NCBI GenBank assembly: GCA_000934665.2
Contig: JYFJ02000730.1
Span: 1 to 64,000 of the forward strand
Direction: 5' to 3'
Origin: Catajapyx aquilonaris
Lineage: Eukaryota
Length of the DNA: 64,000 bases
Shown: positions 45,633-57,000 of the stretch, piece after piece
How positions within the stretch are numbered: the first letter of the stretch is position 1
Layout of the letters: every line of letters begins with the position of its first letter
Translations under genes and position numbers: made by a program
Notes under the pieces: model-generated
Database searches by the model: none
Told to the model about the DNA's origin: nothing
Seen by the model: only the letters and a program-made list of their open reading frames with translations

Positions 45633-46613
45633 GGGTGGTAACATTGGGGATCATCATTTTTTTTTTCTTTCTTTACAGAAAAGTAAACATGCAAAGATGA
45701 GCTGTCACTTTGATATGATAATGTTGCATCGTTTACAAGACAAATCTGGTTGGTAGATGTGCTGTGCTGGTTTGAAAGATTAAAACGCACTGACAATTAT
45801 TGACCTTCAGACCCATGTGTAATGCAACGTACGGTGATTCAATGCAGCACTTGCAAAAAAAAAAAGGCTTGAGTCGAATCTGGCCTTGAAAAATTACTGT
45901 CCGGTTTATTGCACTTGTGGACTCACGGACAATGGTATCTGTGATAACTTCGGCTTTGTCGTTATCGTTTTAAGTTCTAAGCAGGGAAAAACTCGGCTGT
46001 GTGTGGCCATATTAATCAGAAAGATGAATGTGATACCTTTTTTCGTACATTTCAGCCATTGTGACCGTTTGGACATCCTGGTGAGCAAGGAGCCGCCAAC
46101 CCGTCGCCAGAATGCGAAGCTGCGTGTGGACCAGTTGAAGTATGACGCTCGCCACCTCCAGGCATCGCTGGACAATCTTCGCTGGAGGAGGCAAGAGCGG
46201 GAGAGGGAGCAACGAGAGAGGGAGCAGCTGCTGGAGCACAAGTTTGGCTCGGAACAGCAGGACACTTCCATCATAATTGATCAAAGCCTCCAGCATCACA
46301 CCGCCCTGCAGGTGAAAACCGTAACACCCAATCTCGTAGCACATTTGATCCGCATGTTACATTACAGAATGCCCATCAAGGACTGGACGACATGTTGGGT
46401 TCCGGTTCGTCCGCCCTAGCCAACATGCGGGAGCAGAGAATGACCCTGAAGGGAGCCCACCGCCGCATGATGGACGTGGCCAATGTTCTCGGACTCAGCA
46501 ACACCACAATGAGGCTCATTGAACGCAGGGCATACCAGGACAAATATGTGCTCTTAGGAGGAGTGATCGTCACCTGCATCGTCATGTTCCTAGTCGTCAA
46601 ATATCTCGCGTGA
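44452..46613 (+). CDS. GOSR2: Golgi SNAP receptor complex member 2 (membrin), 3 exons (44452-44591, 46056-46311, 46368-46613)
   Basis: MEALYHQTN, CDRLDILVSKEPPTRRQNAKLRVDQLKYD, QRMTLKGAHRRMMDVANVLGLSNTTMRLIERRAYQDK, C-terminal TM. Confidence 0.96.
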
Positions 46614-49600
46614 TGAGGACATGATAAGTGGAGGTTATTTTGTATGTATGGGAATATGATTTATCGGATGAAACTGTTTGTACACGGGAATGAAAAGCAC
46701 ATTGGGATTATTATTTTTTGTATAATATGTTCCGTCACGTAAAATGAGTCGGCCGTGGCTTTAGATTTCAAATTGCATCTCTTTTCGTGACAATCGAACA
46801 AGTGCTGCACTTTCCTCAAACTATTAGTCCGCATCGCTTGGTTACAGTTCTGTTTTTGGTGTACGTTTATAAACAAGAACCAGCTTTTCTTTTCCTAACG
46901 GACAAGTGATATTATTATTCCTCCTCTATGAGGCCTGATTTAAAAAAAAATGTAATGTGCTAAATACGACTCTTCCGTAATCAATGTACATGCAATTATA
47001 TGGGAATAAGGTTGTAAAAAATTACAGAAATGTTTTATGCAGAAATGAGACCCATTTTTATTTATCGCAATTACATTCAACATGTCGGACTTTTTTGAAC
47101 TGCGCACTTATAATGCGGGGGGGGGAAAAAGGGCGTGAACTGCCGGAGAATAATTTCTACGTCCACTAGTGAAGCTTCTTGCTGCAACTCGCTTGAATTG
47201 TGCGGATGAGAAACTGAAGATATTTTCTGGTTCCGTACGTAGCACATGATGATAAGTAAATATGTATATATAACCTGGAAATTTATTCAGGTACAACTTG
47301 CTTCAGAAAGAAAGAAAAAGAGACCGTACATTTCCATGTGATCTTTATTCCATTTGCTTCCTTTCCGTCTCATTTAAATAATCGAAAAATACTTACATAA
47401 TACACTATCATTAGTTAATAAGTACTTAAGATGAGCAATTAGTTCTCTCTTCTTTCTCTTTTTTTTTTCTTCAATATATATATAATTTTTCTGCTTTCTA
47501 ATAGCGGCAGAGAGCCACCAGGTTCACCACTTCTCTTTTTTTTAATGAATTTTTTAAAAAGAAATTTTTTTTTTTTCATGTAGGCCAAAAATTGGTTGGC
47601 AAAAAAAAAAAAGTGCAAAGGACAATTACATAGCACTCCTTTTTTTTAATTATTATAATTATTTATTTTTTTGAAATGTCTTGTGGCCCGCACTGCTCGA
47701 GACTTTTCAACTTGAGTTTTTTTTTTCTTCTTCTTCTAAACAGTGAGAACATGCAATTGGGCTTAATAGTTACAATAATAATAATACAGTAATAATGGTA
47801 ATAATAATAATATTATAATAGCAACAATGGTGAGGTCCGTGGAGGTGAGTTAGGCCCTACTTTTTTATTTTATTTTTTTAAATAGCCTAAGACGGACTTT
47901 TTAAAAAATTATATCCTGTGGCTCTTTTTTTATTATTATTATTTTTTTAAGTGCATGCTACATTGTGTTCGGAGGGGGGAGGGCCCTTTTGCTTATTTAA
48001 AAAAAAACTTCCTGTTTCGAGTGTCGAGGACGGATTTGTCATCTTTTTTGTTCGCTACATATTTATCTGCGTTTTTTGTTTTTATACCTTTGAGAGGCCA
48101 CCTACGTTATAAACACTTCGGAAATAGGACGAGACAAAGCGCTGCAGGTCACTCAGCTGCAGGACAGTCTAAACATGCGCCCCATTGGTCCGAGAAAAAA
48201 AATGGCATTTTAAGGTCACTTTGGCAGTGACTTAAACAGGGGGGCTTACGGTAGCAAAAACATCCGACCACATTGATACTGTTGATGCGCCTCCAAAAAG
48301 TTGCTCGGAAACCCAAATACTACGAACATGTCACCTAGAATATATTTCAGACTGAAGGTGACACGAGACCAATGGGGGCAGAGAACTAGTTCGTTTAAAA
48401 ATGAACCAAAAAAAGGGGGGATCGGTAATGGCACAAAAAGTGACATGGTAATCTGACTACGTATGAAGCAAAACTGCTTCGGCAGTTATGAAGACTTGTG
48501 GTTAAGACTAGAATGTCAACGGGGTGGGGGGGAGATTGTTTCGCAAGGCACAAAGTTTACGGGCCGGCTTTTTAAAAAATGTAATTGAGAAAGGCACCCG
48601 GGTGATACACAGCTGCTTGAAAGCGGGGGGGAAGGTTTTCTTTCCAAGTCTTTATAAAATACCATGCATTTTTTTTAAAGAGGTAACAGCACAGTGGAAC
48701 CTCATTTAAAATTAAAACATTGCTCTCCTTCGCTCCCTGTTCGGTATCTGCAAAATACTATGTAGGAAAGAAAAAAAAGTGTGTGGTCCAGGAAGACAGA
48801 GAGCAAGAAGATGCCCTGAGAGCCAAAACGAGAGAGGAAAAAAATCAGCACGAGTAGACTAGCCTCACAAGTTTGAGGAACTTGGCTGCGGAAACAGGAC
48901 GGTTAATCTCGGAATATTTTTTTTGTTTAAAAAAAAAAAAATGGGGAGCACCTCACATCACAAGAGACCCAAATAAAATTTAATAACCTACTCGTCCAAA
49001 TTTCCCAGCCGAGTTCTTCATGCAATGTACGTTACTGGCTGTAATGGCTGCGTGTGTGTGTCTCACACAAAAATACCAGAAAATTCCTTTGGCAGTCTTG
49101 CACCTGAATTTTTTTCAGTGTGCTTGTCTCTTTTTTTTTTTTTACTAACACACTAATTTGCGGCGGGGCGCGAAAGAGGTTCCACTATGTTCACAACTAC
49201 CCTACATTTGAAGCCAACTAAATGTCTGCTTGGATTATTTTTCCACTGGGATCAAAATAATAACAAAATAATTCTTGCCTCGAAAAAAAAAACTCGGGCC
49301 AATGTTACCAGTTTTTCTTCTTCTTTCGTAGCAACCTGGCCGTCATGTCACCACAAAGAGTCCTCGTTTACAATAGTGAGCAGGTAATAAAAGGGACACT
49401 TCTCGTTTCCTCCACAGATTTCAAGTTTCCCCAATAAGTTAAAAAAACTTAAAATATGCGAAAAATATAAAGGGTCCTTGGCCAGGCACGTGGGGAAGGA
49501 TTACGATGGAGATTACAGCTTCATTCTCTCTCATTTTTTTTTTACGTATTTAAACCTGGCTGACTAGTAATCCCGCACAGGATGTTTGGGAAGAAGGTCA

Positions 49601-50674
49601 CTTCCTCTCTCTCTTTTTTTTTAAATTAGCTAAAGCATTTGTCCATATCCTTCTCCACTTCCAGGGGTGGGAAAAAAAGTTGGGGGATACACTATAGATA
49701 AGGGACGACGCAGGTTCAACCGATGTTGAACGCACCATTTTGGGGATGGGGGGGGGGCGGCACAATGATCCTTCCGACTTTCGCATTTAGCATCGAGGTA
49801 ACCAAACTGTCAGCGCGGCACGGAGAGCAGCGTTTTTTTTTCGCAATGCAGGCATGTTTTTTACTTCAAAAGTAATGTCACCGACAGAATACAGGAGGGG
49901 GAAGGTGTTGAGATCGGCTGCTCTTGATCTCCATACTGACAAGTTATAGGTCACCTCCATGTAAAAAAGCAAAAGCTGCCTGAGCAATCAGAAGGCAACA
50001 TTACACCACATACAAGATGCCTTCAAAAAAAGTTATGACGCCAATTACAATTCCATACAAGTTGTGAACAAACGACCAAGTTCACTGGCCGTAAAATGAG
50101 CAAAAACTGAACTTACACTGATGATGCCGCAGTTCAGCTACATACGCAAATGTTCAATTAATACCACAAATGGCATTAAAATAATTGTGTTGTACCCGCC
50201 ACGAGTGGACTTGGCCGTTCTCGACCCTTCAAATTTTCCTGGGCAGCCGCACACTTGCACCTAAACCAGCTGCAGTTGGGCCACGGTCAAAAAAAAAAAG
50301 TTCATAATTCCCTTATATGCAACCCAGATCTAATATGAAAGTACAATTGCATGCACAACTTCTTTTTTTTTGAAGGCACCTTGAAGATCCCGCCAAGGGT
50401 TAAGGGGGAAGAAGATTTTTTCTTTTCACTAATGTCCATGTCTCTTCTCAATCTTCCTCCATGATTCACTAAACTTAAAGGACACATCCTGCACAGGACG
50501 GGAAGGAGACTCTTCTCCAAAAAAATGAACTAAAAACGTCCGTCCACGTCCTCTCCCATTCCTTTGGGGGTACTATGCTGTCCAACGTTCGTTTCCCCTC
50601 CTTGTAAGGGCAGGAGGGGAGGGATCTTACACTAGATGATTCTTTCTTTTTTTTTTTTAAGGAGAGAGCATAGA

Positions 50675-53600
50675 TCACTGCATGCGTGCTTCCTGCATCT
50701 GGGCCTGCGTGTAGGCACTGAGCGGAAAGGGTGTTCCTGCTGGGACTGCAGCAGCCGCAGCAGCCGCCGCCGCAGCGTAAGGGTAGGTGGCAGGGGTCAG
50801 GTACCCTGCAGCCGCTGCCGCCGCACTGGCTGTAGTACCGGGAAGGATAACAGACATGCGCTTCTTGGGTGGTTTGCACAATGGATACGGGCTTCTGTCC
50901 GACGATGGGTGGCTCGAGTTAGCTCTTTCAAGGCCCCTGTTGTGTGTCCTCTTCACTACGTACGCTAATTATTTTATGTGCAATGTAAGCAGGTCAGTAT
51001 TTTTGCCTTCCAGAAAACATATCCACAACAGAGCTCTCTGACTTTTGCCTTGCGAGAATTTGAATCATGCTCCTTGTGTCATCAGTCATATAATTACGAG
51101 ACGACGAGAGATGAAAAAAAAATTTGCAGAATTAGACTTATTCTGTCATGACTTCCGACAGGTGTTTCAAGGTTTACATATATTACTATTCCCTAGCTTG
51201 AGGCTTTAATTACTGCCAATATTACTGCCACGAATGTAAACCAGGGACGTATTTTTAAAAAAAGTCAAAAGCTGAACTTGGAAGCCTTCAAAGAGCCATA
51301 GAGCAAATAATAAAATGGACTAAAAACAAAAAATGCAAACCATGAAACATCCTACACAGATTTAGGATTTTTTGTTTACATAATTTATTTATTTCTTTTC
51401 CTGGCTGATAAAACTATTTACAAGAGCCTTTCGCCTTAATGCGGCAGCAATCAAGCCAACCACTTTGGGTCGTGGCTCTTGAGAAAAAGTTCAATCAGTC
51501 ACCACGTTATTTTGTACGAGGCTTGCGCCATTGTGACCACTTCCTTTTTTCTGTCTTAGAAAATGATTCATGTTGCACTTTTTGGTGGGGGGGGGACGGT
51601 AGTGTGACAACACACTTAAAATATTCAAAAGAACTTCACAAGGACAAGGAAAAGTAATTAAAAGCGTTTTTTTCCCAACACCCAAGTCCACCTCTAGTAC
51701 GCCCACAGAAAAGTAAACGTGCATTAAGAAAATGATTGGGAGCCCATTCCACCTATATGCAAAATCAACAGAGGGGACGACACTATAAGCACTTACCGTG
51801 AAATTAACAACAAAAAAAATATCAATCAGCACAACTACGTTACTTTTTAAGTGCAGCATTATCCATTCATAAGGCCAAAAAAAGTTTCATGGTAGCTAAC
51901 TTGTGGCGCAACCCTCAATAGATTCGAGCAAGATAAAAGGCAAGAGCATCATGCACATAAAAATGTACTTTTGAACTACGTCAGTAAACACGAGGGGCCG
52001 TTGCAGAATTACAGGGGAAACGATTCAAGGAAATAAATTTTACATGAAACCGCATGCAATTTCTCATTTACACAACATCAAAAAAATTCCCCCAAGTTCT
52101 GCAACTGTGAATGTAAAGGAAAATCGCAGCAATTTAACGTGACACCAGGATGACACTGCATTGCATGTTAATAATTGGTTTAAATTAAATGCTGCGACTT
52201 TGGTGTAAACGTAACATTGAAATATGACAGGAAGGTGAAGGATACAAGTAGAGCATGCAAATTTTAAAAAAAAACATTTCACTGCCACCTTCGCCACATC
52301 GTAAAAGCGCTAAATTTTGTAACCATTTCTCCGTTTCTCAACTAATGATCGGATAGAAATTGAGCGCACTGGCATCGGCATCCACAACATGCGCCTGCTC
52401 AGCATGTGTGCTGTTGAAGGTAACGGAAATGTGCGCATAGAAAAATTATTAACTTTAATAAATTCTCAAATCATCAAGGTCAAACCATATAAGCCACTTT
52501 GTTGGAAAAACAAAGCACAGTGTGTGTGGCCTAAAAAAGAGTTAGCTTTCATGCTCTAGAGAGGGTCCTTTCCTCTCCCCCTCCCCACCGAAACAAACAG
52601 TTACTTCTCACCACCATGCAACTTAATAATCTTCCCAATCAATTGGCAGCATGACATTTGGCAGCGGGAGAAGAAGCTTCGTGAGAACTGTTACTATCAC
52701 TACACGAGAGGAGCATGCGGATGGGTGCGATTCACAACACTTGGGTTGTTTCCTCCTCAAACTTTCTTTAGCTTTTTTCGAGACTAATATGCTACGGTGC
52801 AATGAGAAGACCTGGCAAAAGCTCGAGTTAGAAAATATGCAGTTGGAACTTTACCCAGGACCTTTTTGGCACACCTCACAAGTCTTTTATTGCCTTGGAA
52901 AGCACACAACTACTACTTTTTTGAAAATGGGAGACATGTAGGGTTGTGCACAAGCACACAGATACGGATTGGACCACAGATGTTCAGCATGCATTCCGTA
53001 TTAAAGGTCAACGAGACTTGCCTGCAGCAGCGGAGGAGTAAGGGTAGGCATCAAATCCGTTGGCATACTGGGAGGCAGCGGCATATGCAGGGTAGTCGTA
53101 GAACTGTGAGGCTGCAGCTGCGGCAGCCGCTGCAGCAGCTGCCCCTGGAGCCAAGGGATTAGTGGCGGGTAGGGGCATCAAGCCCGCAGTCAGGTAGGCA
53201 GAAGGGTACACGTACTGGGGTGCCAGAGACCTACAGAGGACATCAATTGCATTAATTCCAAATGAAATAAATACCATTACAAAGAACAGCATACTCACCC
53301 TGCGTACTGTCCTGGAAGCACTGCCGGGTAGCCTGCCCGAAGTGCTGAGGAAAACGGAAAACCTACCAGAGAGAAGGCAATGAGTAATGTTTGCAAACAA
53401 CAAATTGCTGCGCTTCATGTGCTGCAGCTGCACATTTTATGTTAAAGAGTTGCAACAGCTTCCTACTTTTAGAACTGCCTGCCACATGGTGATTGGTCAC
53501 ACATTAAAAATAGAAACGTCAGCCAACCTTTTCATTGCGGTGGAATCACACTGAGGAACCTGACAACTGTACAAGAGAGGAAACTCACCGCTACAATGTT

Positions 53601-56600
53601 ACACCAACTCGCATTTGCGACTCTCCACGCAGAAAAAAACCGGACTTGTAATGATTTTTAAAGAAGTAAAATTACTGCCCTAAACAATATCAGGCAGAGT
53701 AAAAAAAGCCACAAAAGGAGGGGTAAGTACTCATCACCACAGATCTGTCCCTGCAATGACATGTTCCAACAGGCTTTTAAACGGGTCGTTAAATTCTGCA
53801 TTTCTACGACTTGCTGTCAAAAATCTCCACTCCATGCAGCTTTTTTAAACTCGAGGAAAACGTGGCACTTTGCCATGCGGTCGTTATGAATACAGATGAA
53901 GGAGCATGAATCCAAAGGATAAGCTGCAATTGTCTCCGATGTCACATACCTAATATTTCCATTCAGCTGGTATTTATAACTTATCGCAAGTAAGCCTGCT
54001 GCATGCTTCAATTCTTCACTAATGCGCAACCCTTTATTGCCGCACTGAAACAATTCCTCCCGCAGCTTCCATCTCACGTTTCCAAACAACGTCAATGTGA
54101 ATATCATGGCCGATTTCATGATGTTATTTTTTACCAATGTGCTTCATTGTCTATACGTACGTTACGTAACAGTTATTATTTCTCCCTTGGAAGAGTGAAC
54201 GAATAGCATGTCTTGATTATTCCCACTTCGATGCTGCAGCCATCTGCAAATTCTACTCTGCGCAGCAATAATTTCCTCCTAATTACCATTAATTTCGGCT
54301 TCATTATGGAGATAAGTGCATGGCAATTTCCTTTAGCCACAAACTTAATACGGGTCATCCTGCAGATTACGCAACCCTCTCCACTCTCAAAAAGATTTCG
54401 AGTGTTTTTCCACTCAATTTTGAGTGATTTTTCATTCACTCTTTTGCCTACTTGATTTGACTCCAACTCTTTTTGAGTGAAAACCACTCGATCACCTGAG
54501 TGAACACTTTAAATGAGTGAATTTTTCCACTCAATTCGAGCAAAAGCCCTACTCAAATTGAGCAATGAAATAGTCTCCCAGACATTCTCGCACTTCCTTC
54601 GAGTAATTTTCCCAACTTGATTAGAATGAAAGTAAATGGGTGGAACTTTAATCGTACTACTAGTTATACTGCTAACTTATCAGTATCATTGCACTACACT
54701 GGTATTGCTGTTAGGAGTACCGGTAACTAGTAGTACGACGAAAATTCTGGAGTGAAATTCGCTCTAAAAGGAGCATTTTGCGAAATTTCTCCTTTTTCGA
54801 ATAAAATTATTTTATTCAAAAAAAGGAGCAATAATTTCGCCAAATTCTCTTTTTGAGCGAATTTCACCCCAGATGGGTGGAATTTTCGTTGTACTACTAG
54901 TTACCGGTACTTCTAACAGCAATACCAGTGTAGTGCAATGATACTGATAAGTTAGCAGTAATTAGCAATGTGACGAAAATTCCACCCTGTTTAATTTTTT
55001 TTTACATATTGTGATGTGCACATTACCTATGTCTCAATTTGTCTTCAACTATTATACAATATAAAGCGTGCTTCCTGCACAATCTTTTTCACTGTATTCA
55101 AGGTAACGATTTCGAAATGTGGGCTGGCAAGAGAGCAGGTCCTGCCCCTAAATTCTCGGGAGAAGCTAAAATTTCGTTACTTATTTATTACGAGCAATCG
55201 ATTGCTTATTTTGAGTGGGTGGGTTTCGGAGAGGGGGGGTGTGCGACGGGACATGCGAAGTCTTAAGGATATAAGGTGCGACATAGCCTTCCCCCTTCCC
55301 ATCCTGTCCAAAGGAGGTCGCAATAGCTTGGGGTGTGCATTTTGGCCAGGTCTCCAGGGCGACAGGGTCAGAGGGCAACCGGTCGCGTGATGGCAACCAG
55401 GGGCCCATGGAAACTCCAAGGACTGCCCAAAAAAAAAATGAGAGACAAAAGGGACTGGCTCCCAACAGATGTGATTTACCCTTGGGAGGGTTCTAATTTT
55501 TCGGTCACGTGAGTCTCCAACGTCAATGATGAACAAATTGGCGTATGAAATAATCCGCACATTTCATGAACACGTCAAATCTGCAAGCACCTCTGCACTT
55601 GCCAACAATCCAACATATGCTCTATTTTTGGGTTGGTGAATGGCTACAAATTACCCTTGGTTTTTTTCCCCCCCTCCTTACGAGGACGCGCACACGTACA
55701 ATCACGACACGAAAATATGTGCAACTGCATACCGGATGCTACAGGAATGGGACATCAAAGGACCATATTGTGCGTGAAAAGTGTGTCGACTTCTACGATT
55801 AGTAACAGAACCCAAGAACCCAAACCGAATCCGTTCCGGAACCGGTTCACTATTTGGGTCCAGAATCCTTATCTGCTTTCATGTCAGGATCGCCTGGATT
55901 CGGCAAAAAAAAAAAAAAAACGGGCAGAAATTCGTTTCCCAAATCTGTCCCTTTCTATCGCAATTTCATGGCTGTGAACGGCGTAATAAACCGATTTTGG
56001 CTATGATGGACAGATCAATTTGTTCGATTCAAACGGGGGGGAATTGTTGCGATTTCATGCTGAAAATACGATAAAGAAAAAAATTTGCGACGACGAAAGT
56101 TTCGAGGTACACACACACACACACACACACAAATACAAGTGCGGATGCTAACTAGTACCACGATTTTAATTAACTCTACAAGTAATGTAGCTTCCCCGGC
56201 AACCCAACAGGAGTTGTTTACACCCCCATTGCGCGTGAGTAGAACGCGGGCCAATGGGGAGGTGGCGGTAACAATATGCGGCGGACCAATCAGAGGGCTC
56301 GGCCAACTCCCGAAAGGATTTTAATATTATAAGAAGAAGACTAGGAAAACGCTCGCTCTTTTCTAGGCCTACGGCCTGGGGTACCTATTCGGCGCGCCGG
56401 GGAATGGACAGTTTCCCCGGCAACCCAACAGTTGTTGTTTACACCCCCATTGCGCATGAGTAGAAAGCGGGCCAATGGGGAGGTGGTGGTAACAATATGC
56501 GGCGGACCAATCAGAGGGCTCGGCCAACTCCCGAAAGGATTTTAATATTATAGATGATATTTCATAGCTTGAGTTGATTTATAGAGAGAGAAAAAATCGT

Positions 56601-57000
56601 ATCAAATTGTCGCTGCTTTGTTTATGTTTTCTTATCAAAATCACACACCTTTAGGCAAACAGACGTTAAAGATATTGTCTACAAAAGTTATTCGTACCAA
56701 GGTCAGCCGTTAACAAGTTGAGCAGTCATTGTCTGATTGCACATACTAACAATATTGTGGGAAGCAATGTTGGCTGGTAATAATTAAACGACACTCTCGT
56801 TCATTTTTTTTTGTGTGTGTGTGTGTACCTGTGGGGAACCAATAATAAATATATAAGTTTTGTTATACAGTACCTGGTTGCACATTGGCTCGAGGTTTGG
56901 CTCCCAGGATGGCCAGATTCACGTTGGCTTTCCGGCCGTCGATGATCGGGTTGGGTTCTTTGCACGCTCTCTCCGCCGCCGACCGGTCGCCCATTATCAC
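50675..57000 (-). CDS. RBM24: RBM24/RBM38 (SUP-12)-family RRM protein, last 4 coding exons (57000-56874, 53362-53299, 53230-53022, 50829-50675); first exon outside window
   Basis: [37 protein letters not shown] is the family RRM C-half; Ala/Tyr/Pro-rich tail ending EARMQ*; phases 1,2,1 all consistent. Confidence 0.92.
54382..54565. mobile_element. Degenerate element with CACTC/GAGTG subterminal repeats (CACTA/EnSpm-like)
   Basis: Starts CACTCTCAAAAA, many CACTCAA/TTGAGTG motifs in both orientations. Confidence 0.4.
54635..54987. mobile_element. Two inverted ~115-bp MITE copies flanking a third palindromic MITE (54747-54872)
   Basis: TACTGCTAACTTATCAGTATCATTGCACTACACTGGTATTGCTGTTAG and its reverse complement; central CTGGAGTGAAATTCGCTC...GAGCGAATTTCACCCCAG. 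Confidence 0.75.
56152..56554 (-). mobile_element. Head-to-tail pair of non-autonomous Helitrons
   Basis: Minus strand A|TCTATAATATTAAAATCC...hairpin AGGCCGTAGGCCT...CTAG (56341)|TCTTCTTCTTATAATATTAAAATCC...CTAG|T (56152); 140-bp direct repeat 56192-56331 / 56413-56552. Confidence 0.8.
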
